From positions 1,184,001 through 1,248,000 of the forward strand of contig CAWFOU010000007.1 of assembly GCA_963817525.1 (NCBI GenBank): DNA of 64,000 bases. The letters are read 5' to 3'. The notes below the pieces were generated by a model. The model was not told the DNA's origin. It ran no database searches and saw nothing but the letters and a program-made list of their open reading frames with translations. The DNA is from an uncultured archaeon (lineage in GTDB: Archaea > Thermoproteota > Nitrososphaeria > Nitrososphaerales > Gagatemarchaeaceae). Of this stretch, positions 1 through 8,921 are shown one piece after another (position 1 is the first letter of the stretch; every line of letters starts with the position of its first letter). The translations under genes were made by a program, and so were the position numbers.

Positions 1-1
1 G

Positions 2-67
2 TTCGAGACGGTCACCCCCCCTAGCACGAGCACGACGCTCTCGCTGACTGCGGTCTACAACCCGTAG
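2..67 (+). CDS. 3' end of a gene entering from outside the window (Thr/Ser-rich, ends ...LTAVYNP)
   Basis: Open frame from nt 2 to TAG at 65-67 with host-like codons. Confidence 0.35.
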   Translation, partial: FETVTPPSTSTTLSLTAVYNP

Positions 68-234
68 TGTTCGATCGCAAAGAAGCTACCAGGTAGGAGG
101 CCAGATTCTGCGGCAATACGAAACGCTTGCTCGGACCAACGCCTGAAAGTCGTATTGGTCGATATCGTTCACTTTGTCTGATTGTTATTGGATTCTAGAT
201 TCTGACCGCTTATTAGAAACTGCCAACGAATCCC

Positions 235-444
235 ATGGCAATGACCAACCAAAAGTCAGGCAGAACGCCTAACGACCAGAGGTCGGACGCAAACAACTCA
301 ACGTCGGCTGAATATAAGGCAGGCATGGACCACAACTCGAACATCCACAACCCGGCTTCCGCGGAGCACCAAGCCGCATTGGACAACAGGGCTAATCAGA
401 TGAATCCGCAGTATCGCGCGACTCACGGCTCAAGAAAGAAGTGA
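235..444 (+). CDS. Small hydrophilic Asn-rich protein with internal repeats (ND.RS..NN / DHNSN.HNP / DNRANQMNP)
   Basis: ATG-TGA ORF of 69 aa with three loosely repeated units; AT-rich TTATTA about 25 nt upstream. Confidence 0.65.
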   Translation: MAMTNQKSGRTPNDQRSDANNSTSAEYKAGMDHNSNIHNPASAEHQAALDNRANQMNPQYRATHGSRKK

Positions 445-536
445 GAAACCTGGGAGAATTCAACGACGACGTTGAGTTCAGCGAGAACTATCTGGGCGAC
501 GACTACCTGGAATCGGACGACGATTACAGGGAATAG
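441..536 (+). CDS. Putative acidic micro-protein (31 aa, MRNLGEFNDDVEFSENYLGDDYLESDDDYRE)
   Basis: GTGA start/stop overlap with the 235-444 gene; strongly Asp/Glu-biased. Confidence 0.35.
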   Translation: MRNLGEFNDDVEFSENYLGDDYLESDDDYRE

Positions 537-714
537 GCTAGGACATGTCGCAGCTTGACCCTTCGGTTATCTTGCATAGCCTCCGACCATCGACCCTTGC
601 CGTTAGCGTATGCTCACCAGGACGGGGACTCCGAATTCGATGAAGAGGCCGATGAGACGAGTAAAACGTTATAACTATACTCGGGAGGGAGCGTTTTGAA
701 GCAGAGTATAGGCC

Positions 715-2907
715 ATGCCGAAGTTCAAGTCCACGTCTGAAGCGCTGAAGATTGTCCACAACCGTGAGCAGCTAAGGAACATGGGCATCATCGCCCACGT
801 TGACCACGGGAAGACGACCACAGCGGACTCCCTGCTCGCGGCCTGCGGGATGCTATCTCCCTCGGTGGCCGGCCAGGCGCTCGCCCTCGACTATATGGAG
901 CTCGAGCAGCAGAGACAGATGACCATCAAGGCGGCAAATGTCACGCTTTACTACGAAAAGGACGGAACACCCTACGTTATCAACCTGATTGACACTCCGG
1001 GGCACATTGACTTCACTGGGAAGGTTACGAGGTCATTACGAGCCGTAGACGGCGCAATCGTCGTAGTTGACGCCGTTGAGGGTGTTATGACCCAGACCGA
1101 GACTGTTCTCAGGCAAGCGCTCGAGGAACGCGTCCGGCCGGTCATGTACATCAATAAAATCGACCGTTTAATCAAAGAACTCCGCTTAAACCCTGATCAG
1201 ATGCAGAAGTGGCTCTTCAACATCGTTGCTGACGTTAATCGTCTCATAGAGACCCACGCAGAGCCTCAATACAGGGAACTCTGGAAGGTCAGGATCCAGG
1301 ACTCGATGGTCGCTTTCGGCTCCAGCAAGGACAAGTGGGGCTTCAACTCCGACATCGCCAAGACGAGCGGGATGGGCTTCAAGGACATCTACGAGGCCTA
1401 CACTACTGGCGACCCCAAGACGCTCGGCCCGAAGATGCCCCTCCACGAGGCGCTGCTCGGGATGGTCGTCAAGCACCACCCGCCGCCCCACGTGGCCCAA
1501 GCCTACCGCATCCCCAAGATCTGGTCGGGAGGAGACCTCAACAGCGACGTCGGCAAGGCCCTGCTGGCCTGCGACGAGAACGGCCCAATGGTCATGATGG
1601 TCACCAACGTCGTCGTGGACCCGGCCGCCGGCTTGGTGGGCGTGGGAAGGCTCTTCTCGGGCCAGATAAGCAACGGCGACGAGGTCTACCTCCTCAACTC
1701 GAAGCGCGAGGGGAAGATCCAGTCGGTCCAGATATTCATGGGCTTCCAGCGCGAGATAGTCGACACCCTCCCCGCGGGCAACATCCCCGCCATACTCGGG
1801 CTCGACATCCGCTCAGGCGAGACGATATCCACCCGGAAGGACGTCCAGCCCTTCGAAAGTATCCACTACGTCTCCGAGCCGGTCGTCACCCAGGCCGTCG
1901 AGGCGAAGCACCCGCGCGACCTCCCCAAGCTCGTCGAGGCCATGCGCAGGCTCAACATCGAGGACCCCAACCTTATCATCACGATCAACCAGGAGAGCGG
2001 GGAGACTCTGATGGCGGGGATGGGCGTCCTCCACCTGGAGATCGCCACGACCATGCTCCAGCGTCAGGGGCTGGAGATAATCACCTCGGAGCCTATCACC
2101 AACTATCGCGAGACCATCAGGCAGCCGGCGGGGCCTATCATGAGCAAGTCGCCCAACCGCCACAACAAGATATTCATGAAGGTCGAGCCGCTCGCCCCCG
2201 ACATCGTCGAGATGATCCGCAAGGGGGAGCTGAGCGACACCACCGACAAGAAGACGATAATCAAGCTCCTCCGCGAGCACGGCTGGGACTCGGACACGTC
2301 GAGGACTGTCGTGGAGATAGACCCGAAGGGCAACATGCTTTGCGAGGAGACCAAGGGAGTCCAGTTCCTGCAGGAGTCGATGGACACCATGCGCTCTGGC
2401 TTCGAGGACGTCATGACGAACGGCCCCCTCGCCTACGAGCTCTGCAGGGGCGTCAAGGCCACGCTCACCCACTACGTACCGCACGAGGACGCGGCCCACC
2501 GGACCTACGCCCAGCTCATGCCCGCGACAAGGCGCTCGGTCCTCGGCGCGATGCTCCTGGGCAACCCCACCCTCCTCGAGCCTGTCCTGGGCATAGAGGT
2601 CAAGGGCCCATCCGACCAGATAGGCAACATCACGGGGGTCATCAGCGGGAAGAGGGGCAAGCTCATCAACATCGAGCAGCGCGAGGCTCTCACAATCGTC
2701 GAGGGAGAAATCCCGGCCGCGGAGACCATGGACCTCAGTCAAGAGATGAGGGGCGCGACGGCAGGGAGGGCGGTATGGAACACTTACTTCAAGCTCTGGC
2801 AGCCGGTCCCGACCAACATGCTCGCGCCGCTGGTGGCGCAGATCAGGAAGCGCAAGGGCCTCCCAGAGGAAGCCCCGAAGGCCTCCGAGTTCATCGATAA
2901 CGAGTAG
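715..2907 (+). CDS. fusA: Archaeal translation elongation factor 2 (aEF-2)
   Basis: AHVDHGKTT, DTPGH and NKID GTPase motifs; 730 aa; diphthamide-loop region HEDAAHRT. Confidence 0.98.
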   Translation: MPKFKSTSEALKIVHNREQLRNMGIIAHVDHGKTTTADSLLAACGMLSPSVAGQALALDYMELEQQRQMTIKAANVTLYYEKDGTPYVINLIDTPGHIDFTGKVTRSLRAVDGAIVVVDAVEGVMTQTETVLRQALEERVRPVMYINKIDRLIKELRLNPDQMQKWLFNIVADVNRLIETHAEPQYRELWKVRIQDSMVAFGSSKDKWGFNSDIAKTSGMGFKDIYEAYTTGDPKTLGPKMPLHEALLGMVVKHHPPPHVAQAYRIPKIWSGGDLNSDVGKALLACDENGPMVMMVTNVVVDPAAGLVGVGRLFSGQISNGDEVYLLNSKREGKIQSVQIFMGFQREIVDTLPAGNIPAILGLDIRSGETISTRKDVQPFESIHYVSEPVVTQAVEAKHPRDLPKLVEAMRRLNIEDPNLIITINQESGETLMAGMGVLHLEIATTMLQRQGLEIITSEPITNYRETIRQPAGPIMSKSPNRHNKIFMKVEPLAPDIVEMIRKGELSDTTDKKTIIKLLREHGWDSDTSRTVVEIDPKGNMLCEETKGVQFLQESMDTMRSGFEDVMTNGPLAYELCRGVKATLTHYVPHEDAAHRTYAQLMPATRRSVLGAMLLGNPTLLEPVLGIEVKGPSDQIGNITGVISGKRGKLINIEQREALTIVEGEIPAAETMDLSQEMRGATAGRAVWNTYFKLWQPVPTNMLAPLVAQIRKRKGLPEEAPKASEFIDNE

Positions 2908-2949
2908 AGATCGACGCGGGAGCAAGGGCGGTACGTGGTGCGAACTTGC

Positions 2950-5007
2950 CTACCGCTCGAGCAGTGTCTTCTGGAGGGGCATCCTTTCGCTATTCACATT
3001 CGTGCGGGCAGGCCGCATCGCCTGAGCAGGCGCCGTGAACCTGGGCGAGGACCGCACGCTGTCGAACACGTGGCTCCTCCATACGAATACGAAGCCGATG
3101 TCTCGGTTCTGGACGTCGGCCTCGAGTAGAGCCAGGGCTTGCTCCTGCTCGCCGAGGCCCAGGTGGAGTATGGCGAGGTCGCTCCGCGAAACGTAGGATT
3201 CTCTGGCATAGTCTTCCGCCTCGGCCAGGATTTCTCTCAGCGCTCCCTCTTGGTTGACCGTTGGCAAGACCGTGCAAACGATCGCGTACATCCAGGGGTT
3301 CAAGCCCCCAGCCCAGCCGAGCCGTCTCTCATGGCTAGGCGGCGAAGCCTCGTTGCGCATTCGCAGCAGCTCTTTGTAGGCCTCATCGATCATTCCTCCG
3401 GCTAGGTAGGCGAACGCCAGCACGGTATGCGCGTCAGCATCCGGCTCAAGCCTGAATTTCCTTTTGGCGAAATCCAAAGCCTCCTGAGTCCGTCGTCGGT
3501 AGACGTTGATCACCGACGCGACACCCGACTCCAGAGCCGACAACGGAGCGAGCGCGATGGCCCTGTGCGCTTCAACGATAGCCTCCTCGTCGTTGCCTGT
3601 GAGCGAGAGGAAAAGGGCGTGGTCTCGCCAGAATGGCGCCGAATTAGGGTTGAGTTCCGACCCGCGCCTGAACTCCGCGTCGGCGGTGTCCCAGTCCCAG
3701 TCGGCCTGAAAGGCAAGGTTGGCTCTGGCCGAATGGGCTTCCGGGAGGTGGTCGTTCAGGCCCAGTGCCTTGAGCGCGTAGTCCCTGGCATGGGAGAACG
3801 CTTCCTGCGGGGGCAAGCTCTCCCCCGCGAGATAGATGTGCGCAGTCGCGAGTGCAGCATACGCCTCAGCGAAACCGGGATCGCTCGCGACCGCTCGCTG
3901 GAAGTACTCGAGGGACTTTGTAATCCCAGTTGTCCCACCTCCAATGTTGAGATAGTGTAGTCCAGCCAGGTAATCGTCGTAGGCGGCCATGTTCTTGGTC
4001 GGGCCTCTGGCTATCTCTTGCTTCTGTCCCTCTTCGAGTCTGAGCCTAAGCGAGTCAGCGACCTTCTGTGCGATCTCGCTCTGAATCGCGAAGACATCTC
4101 GGATGTCCCTGTCGTAGCTCTGAACCCATATGTGCCGGTCCCTGGCAGCGTCGATCATCTGGACCATTATCCGGAATTTGTCTCCCGCCTTGCGGACGCT
4201 TCCCTCAAGGATTGTCCCCACTTCCAGTTCCCTGGAGACCTCCTTCACGGATTTCGGGGCCTTCTTGTACTGCATCACGGAGGTCCGTGAGATCACCTCC
4301 ACCTGGTCGACCCTCGAGACGGTCGAGATTATCTCCTCGGTCATGCCGTCGGCAAAGTATTCGTCATGCGCGTCGGGGCTCATGTTGGCGAAGGGCAGAA
4401 CGGCGATCCTCCTCGGGTCGAGCGCGACGGAGCGACCCGCCGTTTCACCTTCCCACGGCAGCACGACCCTGAACACCTCGACGGGCATGCTGACGTTCTT
4501 CAGGGTCCTCGTCCCGATGCTCTTCATCGGGAGCTCGAACTTGTTCCTGACCTGCTCGAAGAACTCGCGGGTGAGGCAGATGCCGCCGCTCTCCACCTGG
4601 GCCTCGATCCTGGAGGCGACGTTGACCGCGTCGCCCGAGATGTCTCCTCCCTCCGACTCTACGACGTCACCGAGGTGCAAGCCGACCCGGAGGTGGATCT
4701 TCGTCTCCTCGGACATTGAGTAGTTGTATTCTCTCGTCACCCTCTGGATTTCGTAAGCACATCTTGCGCCTTCCAGCGCGCTTGAGAACTCAACTAGGAA
4801 CGCGTCGCCCATCGTCTTTACCTCCCTTCCACCGTGCCTGGTGACGACCGGGCGTATCAGCTTCCTCTGTTCCTCGACGAGGGCAAGGGACAGAGACTCG
4901 TTCCTCTGCCCAAGCGCGGTGTAGCCGACCATGTCCGTGAACATGATAGCGGCGAGTCTTCTCTCGACTGGGGGCAAGGCCGGGGAGTAACCGACCTCTC
5001 TCTTCAT
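2950..5007 (-). CDS. Class III adenylate/guanylate cyclase with TolB-like and TPR domains
   Basis: RRLAAIMFTDMVGYT, KTMGDAF and GDAVNVASRIE cyclase motifs; IAVLPFANMS module; TPR-like helices; probable +1 frameshift near the 3' end. Confidence 0.93.
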   Translation of the reverse strand: MKREVGYSPALPPVERRLAAIMFTDMVGYTALGQRNESLSLALVEEQRKLIRPVVTRHGGREVKTMGDAFLVEFSSALEGARCAYEIQRVTREYNYSMSEETKIHLRVGLHLGDVVESEGGDISGDAVNVASRIEAQVESGGICLTREFFEQVRNKFELPMKSIGTRTLKNVSMPVEVFRVVLPWEGETAGRSVALDPRRIAVLPFANMSPDAHDEYFADGMTEEIISTVSRVDQVEVISRTSVMQYKKAPKSVKEVSRELEVGTILEGSVRKAGDKFRIMVQMIDAARDRHIWVQSYDRDIRDVFAIQSEIAQKVADSLRLRLEEGQKQEIARGPTKNMAAYDDYLAGLHYLNIGGGTTGITKSLEYFQRAVASDPGFAEAYAALATAHIYLAGESLPPQEAFSHARDYALKALGLNDHLPEAHSARANLAFQADWDWDTADAEFRRGSELNPNSAPFWRDHALFLSLTGNDEEAIVEAHRAIALAPLSALESGVASVINVYRRRTQEALDFAKRKFRLEPDADAHTVLAFAYLAGGMIDEAYKELLRMRNEASPPSHERRLGWAGGLNPWMYAIVCTVLPTVNQEGALREILAEAEDYARESYVSRSDLAILHLGLGEQEQALALLEADVQNRDIGFVFVWRSHVFDSVRSSPRFTAPAQAMRPARTNVNSERMPLQKTLLER

Positions 5008-5041
5008 GATAAATTCATTGCGGGTCCGTCGAGTCCACGAC

Positions 5042-5097
5042 GAAGCCCAAGGGCCCCGGTGGAAGCCCCGAAGGCCTCCGAGTTCATCGACAACGAG
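5042..5097 (+). repeat. Direct-repeat copy of the aEF-2 3' end (att-like)
   Basis: 5061-5097 matches 2868-2904 at 36/37 nt; weaker similarity extends to about 5042. Confidence 0.9.
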
Positions 5098-5182
5098 CGA
5101 CTTCCCCTCCGCAGGTTTGACCAGAGACCAAACCTGACAGACCCCAGCGAACGCTTATTACCTCAGGCTCAAGATTGAGCCC

Positions 5183-5482
5183 ATGCGATTCTTCGTCTTG
5201 GAGAAGGCAAGGGCAGGAGTTCCTATCGACCCAAAGGACTTCGTCCGGTTGGCGGCCGCCGACCTCGAGTACAAGCGGAAGCTCGAGAAAGCAGGCAAGA
5301 TAGTCGGCGGGCCGTGCTTAGACATCCTCGCGGACGGCTACGTGCTGGAGACCGAGACGATCGAGGAGATGGGCGAGATTTTCTTCGGGTCTCCCATCAA
5401 CTTGGTGATGGACCGAGAGGTCCATCCTCTGGGGACCTTCAAGGACAGCCTAGAAGGCATGAACGAGCTTAGGAAGAAGTAA
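5183..5482 (+). CDS. Small dimeric alpha/beta-barrel protein (muconolactone isomerase/YCII-like)
   Basis: 99 aa; LEKAGKIVGG...EVHPL pattern. Confidence 0.6.
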   Translation: MRFFVLEKARAGVPIDPKDFVRLAAADLEYKRKLEKAGKIVGGPCLDILADGYVLETETIEEMGEIFFGSPINLVMDREVHPLGTFKDSLEGMNELRKK

Positions 5483-5502
5483 AGGCAAACTGACTCTCTA
5501 GA

Positions 5503-5532
5503 AAGGCCTCCGAGTCCGTCGACGACGAATAA
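5503..5532 (+). repeat. Second, more degenerate copy of the aEF-2 3' end
   Basis: aaggcctccgagtccgtcgacgacgaataa versus EF-2 aaggcctccgagttcatcgataacgagtag, 24/30 nt, stop codon position kept. Confidence 0.6.
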
Positions 5533-5536
5533 GGCG

Positions 5537-5884
5537 TTAGTAGCTCGTTGCGCCGACGTCCAGCTTCGTGACCTTCCCGTCCTTCACGACGAACCTCCAG
5601 AAGGTCTGAAAGTCCCCCCACTTGTCCGAGTGGTAGCTCGCGTAGAAGGTCAGCCCGCCGTCCTCGACCTTGTCGATGGAGAGTATCCGGGCGGTCCCTT
5701 TGCCGAAGAGCTCGTCGTCGCTCCACTTTGCAAAGTCGCGAGGAATCCCGTCGTCGCTGAAGGCGGGCTTGGAGAATAGCTCGAACCAGGCCTTCCTGTC
5801 CCGAGCGTTTAGCGCCAAGACCGCCGACCTGACTACAGGGTCGCCTATCCTGCCCAGTCCGCGCAGTCTTACAGAGGGACTCAA
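5537..5884 (-). CDS. NTF2/SnoaL-like protein
   Basis: ALNARD..AWFELF...FSDDG and WGDFQTFWRF.V.DGKV..LDVG; start uncertain. Confidence 0.75.
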   Translation of the reverse strand: MSPSVRLRGLGRIGDPVVRSAVLALNARDRKAWFELFSKPAFSDDGIPRDFAKWSDDELFGKGTARILSIDKVEDGGLTFYASYHSDKWGDFQTFWRFVVKDGKVTKLDVGATSY

Positions 5885-6019
5885 CCGTTCTCCGCGGGCC
5901 GTCGCCCTCCCCTGGATTAATTCCTATCCTCGCGGCCGACGCCGACGTGGATGACCACCCTATGCGAGGCTCGCCCGGCCGAATCACCTTAAATCGAACT
6001 CCGACGTCATGCGACAAGG

Positions 6020-8299
6020 TTGAGTTCTGGCTTCATAAGGTTCCTCGACGAGATCGGGAAGCACGACGCCTCCTTCGCCGGAGGCAAGGGGGCCAACCTG
6101 GGCGAGATGTACAGGTCCCATCTGCCCGTCCCTCCCGCGTTCGTCGTGACCACAAAGGCCTACGGTGTCTTCCTCGCCGCCAACGCCCTGGACGCGAGGG
6201 TCAAGAGGATGCTGTCGAAGCTCGACTACGACGACATCGACAAGCTGGATAAGGGCGCCGCCGAGATAAGAGAGCTGATCGAATCGTCGAGGATGCCCGC
6301 AGAGCTCGCGCGGGAGATCGCCCTGGGGTACGCCGAGCTGCGGAGGATGTCCGGAGGGGGAAGGATTCCGGTCGCCGTGCGGAGCTCCGCCACCATGGAG
6401 GACCTGAGGGAAGCCTCGTTCGCCGGACAGCAGGTGACCCTCCTCAACGTGAAAGGGATGCCCGAGCTGCTGAGGTCGATCAAGGAATGCTGGGCGTCGG
6501 TCTACACGGCGCGCGCCGCCTTCTATCGCGCCAAGAAGGGGTTCGGGTTCAAGGCCATCCCCACGGCCGTCGTGGTCCAAAAGCAGATCATGAGCGAAAG
6601 GGCCGGGGTTGGCTTCACCGTCCACCCGACGACCGGGGATAGGGGGCAGATAGTGATCGAGTCGAGCTACGGCCAGGGGGAGGAGATAGTTTCAGGAGGC
6701 GTGACGCCGGACACGTTCGTCATCGACAAGAAGACCGGCGAGGTCGTGGAGCAGAGGATCAGCCACAAGCCGAAGATGAGGCTGGCCCGCGAGAGGGGCT
6801 CCGGGCTGCAGGATTCTGCGGTGCCAGAGGGGAAGCGGGATGAGCCGTCCCTGAGCCGGTCAGAGCTCGAAGAGCTGCGGGTCCTTGGGCTCGCGCTGGA
6901 GAGGCACTATGACTACCCGCAGGACTTTGAGTGGGCCATCGAAAAGGGGGAGATATTCCTCGTCCAGACCAGGGCAGTGACAGTCCTCGAGAAGGTCCCC
7001 AAGAAGGCGCAAGGAATTAGGGCGAAGCCCCTCCTCAAGGGGCTCGGGGTCTCGCCTGGGATCGGGACCGGCGGGGTGAAGCTCGTGCTCGACATCAAGG
7101 ACCTTGGCCGAGTGGCGAAGGGGGAGGTGCTCGTTACGAAGATGACCACGCCGGACTTTGTTCCCGCGATGCTGAAGACGGCCGGGATAGTGACCGACGA
7201 GGGAGGCATGACAAGCCACGCGGCCATAGTGAGTAGGGAGCTCGGGGTCCCGTGCGTCGTCGGCACAGGCAGGGCGACCAAAGTCTTGACAGAGGGGTCG
7301 ACCGTCTCGGTTGATGGCTCGACGGGGACCGTCTACAGCGGCGTAGTGGCGGCGAAGGTCCCTAGGAAGAACCTGACGGAGGAGCTTCGTGAGGCCAGGG
7401 GACTGAAGACCAAGACCAAGGTCTACATGAACCTCGGGGTGCCCGAGAAGATCAAGGACTATGCCAACATCCCCTTCGACGGGATCGGCCTGATGAGGGT
7501 TGAGTTCATCATCGCGAGCCACGTCAGGGAGCACCCACTCCATCTCATGGAGACCGGCCGCTCGTCCGTGCTGGTGGACCTCCTCGCAGAGGGTATAGCG
7601 GTCGTGGCCAGAGAGACGAATCCGAGACCGGTCGTGGTCAGGTTTTCCGACTTCAAGTCGAACGAGTACCGGGACCTCAAGGGCGGGGAGAAGTACGAGG
7701 AGGTGGAGGCGAATCCCATGATAGGCTGGCGCGGCGTGTCCAGGTACGTGTCCCCAGAGTACCAGAAGGCCTTCGAGCTGGAGGTGATGGCGATCAAGAA
7801 GGTAAGGGAGGAGCTGGGGCTAACGAACGTCTGGGCGATGCTCCCCTTTGTCAGGACCACGTGGGAGGTCGAGAAGTGCGTCGAGATCATAGAGAGGGCA
7901 GGGCTGAAGCGCGGCCCCGACTTCAAGGTCTGGCTGATGGCGGAGGTGCCCTCCATCGTCTTCATGGCTCGAGAGTTCGCCGAGCTATGCGACGGCTTTA
8001 GCATCGGATCCAACGACCTTACGCAGCTCGTCCTCGGGATTGACCGCGATTCCACGAAGCTCGCCAACCTCGGATATTTCGACGAAAGGGACGAGGCCGT
8101 GAAGCGGGCGATCAAGATGCTGATCGAGGGGGCTCACTCCAAGGGAAAGACGGTCTCGATCTGTGGACAGGCCCCTTCAGTCTACCCCGAGTTTGCGGAG
8201 TACCTGGTCGGGCTGGGGATCGACTCGATGTCGGTCAACCCAGACTCCGTGGCGAGGACGAGGATACTCGTGAGCCGCGCAGAGGGGAGGCGGAGATGA
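6020..8299 (+). CDS. ppsA: Phosphoenolpyruvate synthase
   Basis: GGKGANLGEM, VAVRSSAT.ED, GGMTSHAAIVSRE (phospho-His), FSIGSNDLTQL. Confidence 0.97.
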   Translation: MSSGFIRFLDEIGKHDASFAGGKGANLGEMYRSHLPVPPAFVVTTKAYGVFLAANALDARVKRMLSKLDYDDIDKLDKGAAEIRELIESSRMPAELAREIALGYAELRRMSGGGRIPVAVRSSATMEDLREASFAGQQVTLLNVKGMPELLRSIKECWASVYTARAAFYRAKKGFGFKAIPTAVVVQKQIMSERAGVGFTVHPTTGDRGQIVIESSYGQGEEIVSGGVTPDTFVIDKKTGEVVEQRISHKPKMRLARERGSGLQDSAVPEGKRDEPSLSRSELEELRVLGLALERHYDYPQDFEWAIEKGEIFLVQTRAVTVLEKVPKKAQGIRAKPLLKGLGVSPGIGTGGVKLVLDIKDLGRVAKGEVLVTKMTTPDFVPAMLKTAGIVTDEGGMTSHAAIVSRELGVPCVVGTGRATKVLTEGSTVSVDGSTGTVYSGVVAAKVPRKNLTEELREARGLKTKTKVYMNLGVPEKIKDYANIPFDGIGLMRVEFIIASHVREHPLHLMETGRSSVLVDLLAEGIAVVARETNPRPVVVRFSDFKSNEYRDLKGGEKYEEVEANPMIGWRGVSRYVSPEYQKAFELEVMAIKKVREELGLTNVWAMLPFVRTTWEVEKCVEIIERAGLKRGPDFKVWLMAEVPSIVFMAREFAELCDGFSIGSNDLTQLVLGIDRDSTKLANLGYFDERDEAVKRAIKMLIEGAHSKGKTVSICGQAPSVYPEFAEYLVGLGIDSMSVNPDSVARTRILVSRAEGRRR

Positions 8300-8477
8300 G
8301 GGCGGAATCGGGCCCTCAACGACCTCCAGCGCAAGACGGCGACGAGCGCGTCGAGCGGGCCTTCGCCGCGGTTCCCAGCGCTCGAGGACGGCCCGCGGCG
8401 AGAGCAGAATAAGGGGTACACCTCTGTGTGCAGGGCGATAGCAATTAATTCGCTGGCCTGAGAAGCACGACCCCACG

Positions 8478-8921
8478 GTGGCCTCGGTCCATGTCCGAAA
8501 CGAGATGGACATGCCCGTCCCCCCCGAGGCTGTGTGGGCCTGGCTCGTCCGCGCGCAGCTGTGGCCCGCTTGGTACCCCAACTCGCAGAATGTGGTCATC
8601 GAGGGCGGAGGCCCCGACCTCAAGGCCGGCTCCAAGTTCCGCTGGAAGACGTTCGGGGTGACCCTGGACTCGGTGGTCGAGGAGTTCGTCCCCCCCGAGC
8701 GCATCGCGTGGAGCGCGAGGGCGATGGGCGTCGACGCCTACCACGCGTGGCTCGTCGAGGGGGGGCCATCGGGATGCCACGTCCTCACCGAGGAGACGCA
8801 GAACGGCCTGCTCGCTAGCATCAGCAACGCGGTCAGGCCCAACAACATGGGCAACCACCACCAGGTCTGGCTGGAGAACCTGCTCGCAAAGGCGAAGGGC
8901 GGCCCGCCGCCGCAGCCCTAG
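8478..8921 (+). CDS. SRPBCC/polyketide cyclase family protein
   Basis: PPEAVWAWL...WPAWYP; typical START-like length. Confidence 0.85.
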   Translation: MASVHVRNEMDMPVPPEAVWAWLVRAQLWPAWYPNSQNVVIEGGGPDLKAGSKFRWKTFGVTLDSVVEEFVPPERIAWSARAMGVDAYHAWLVEGGPSGCHVLTEETQNGLLASISNAVRPNNMGNHHQVWLENLLAKAKGGPPPQP

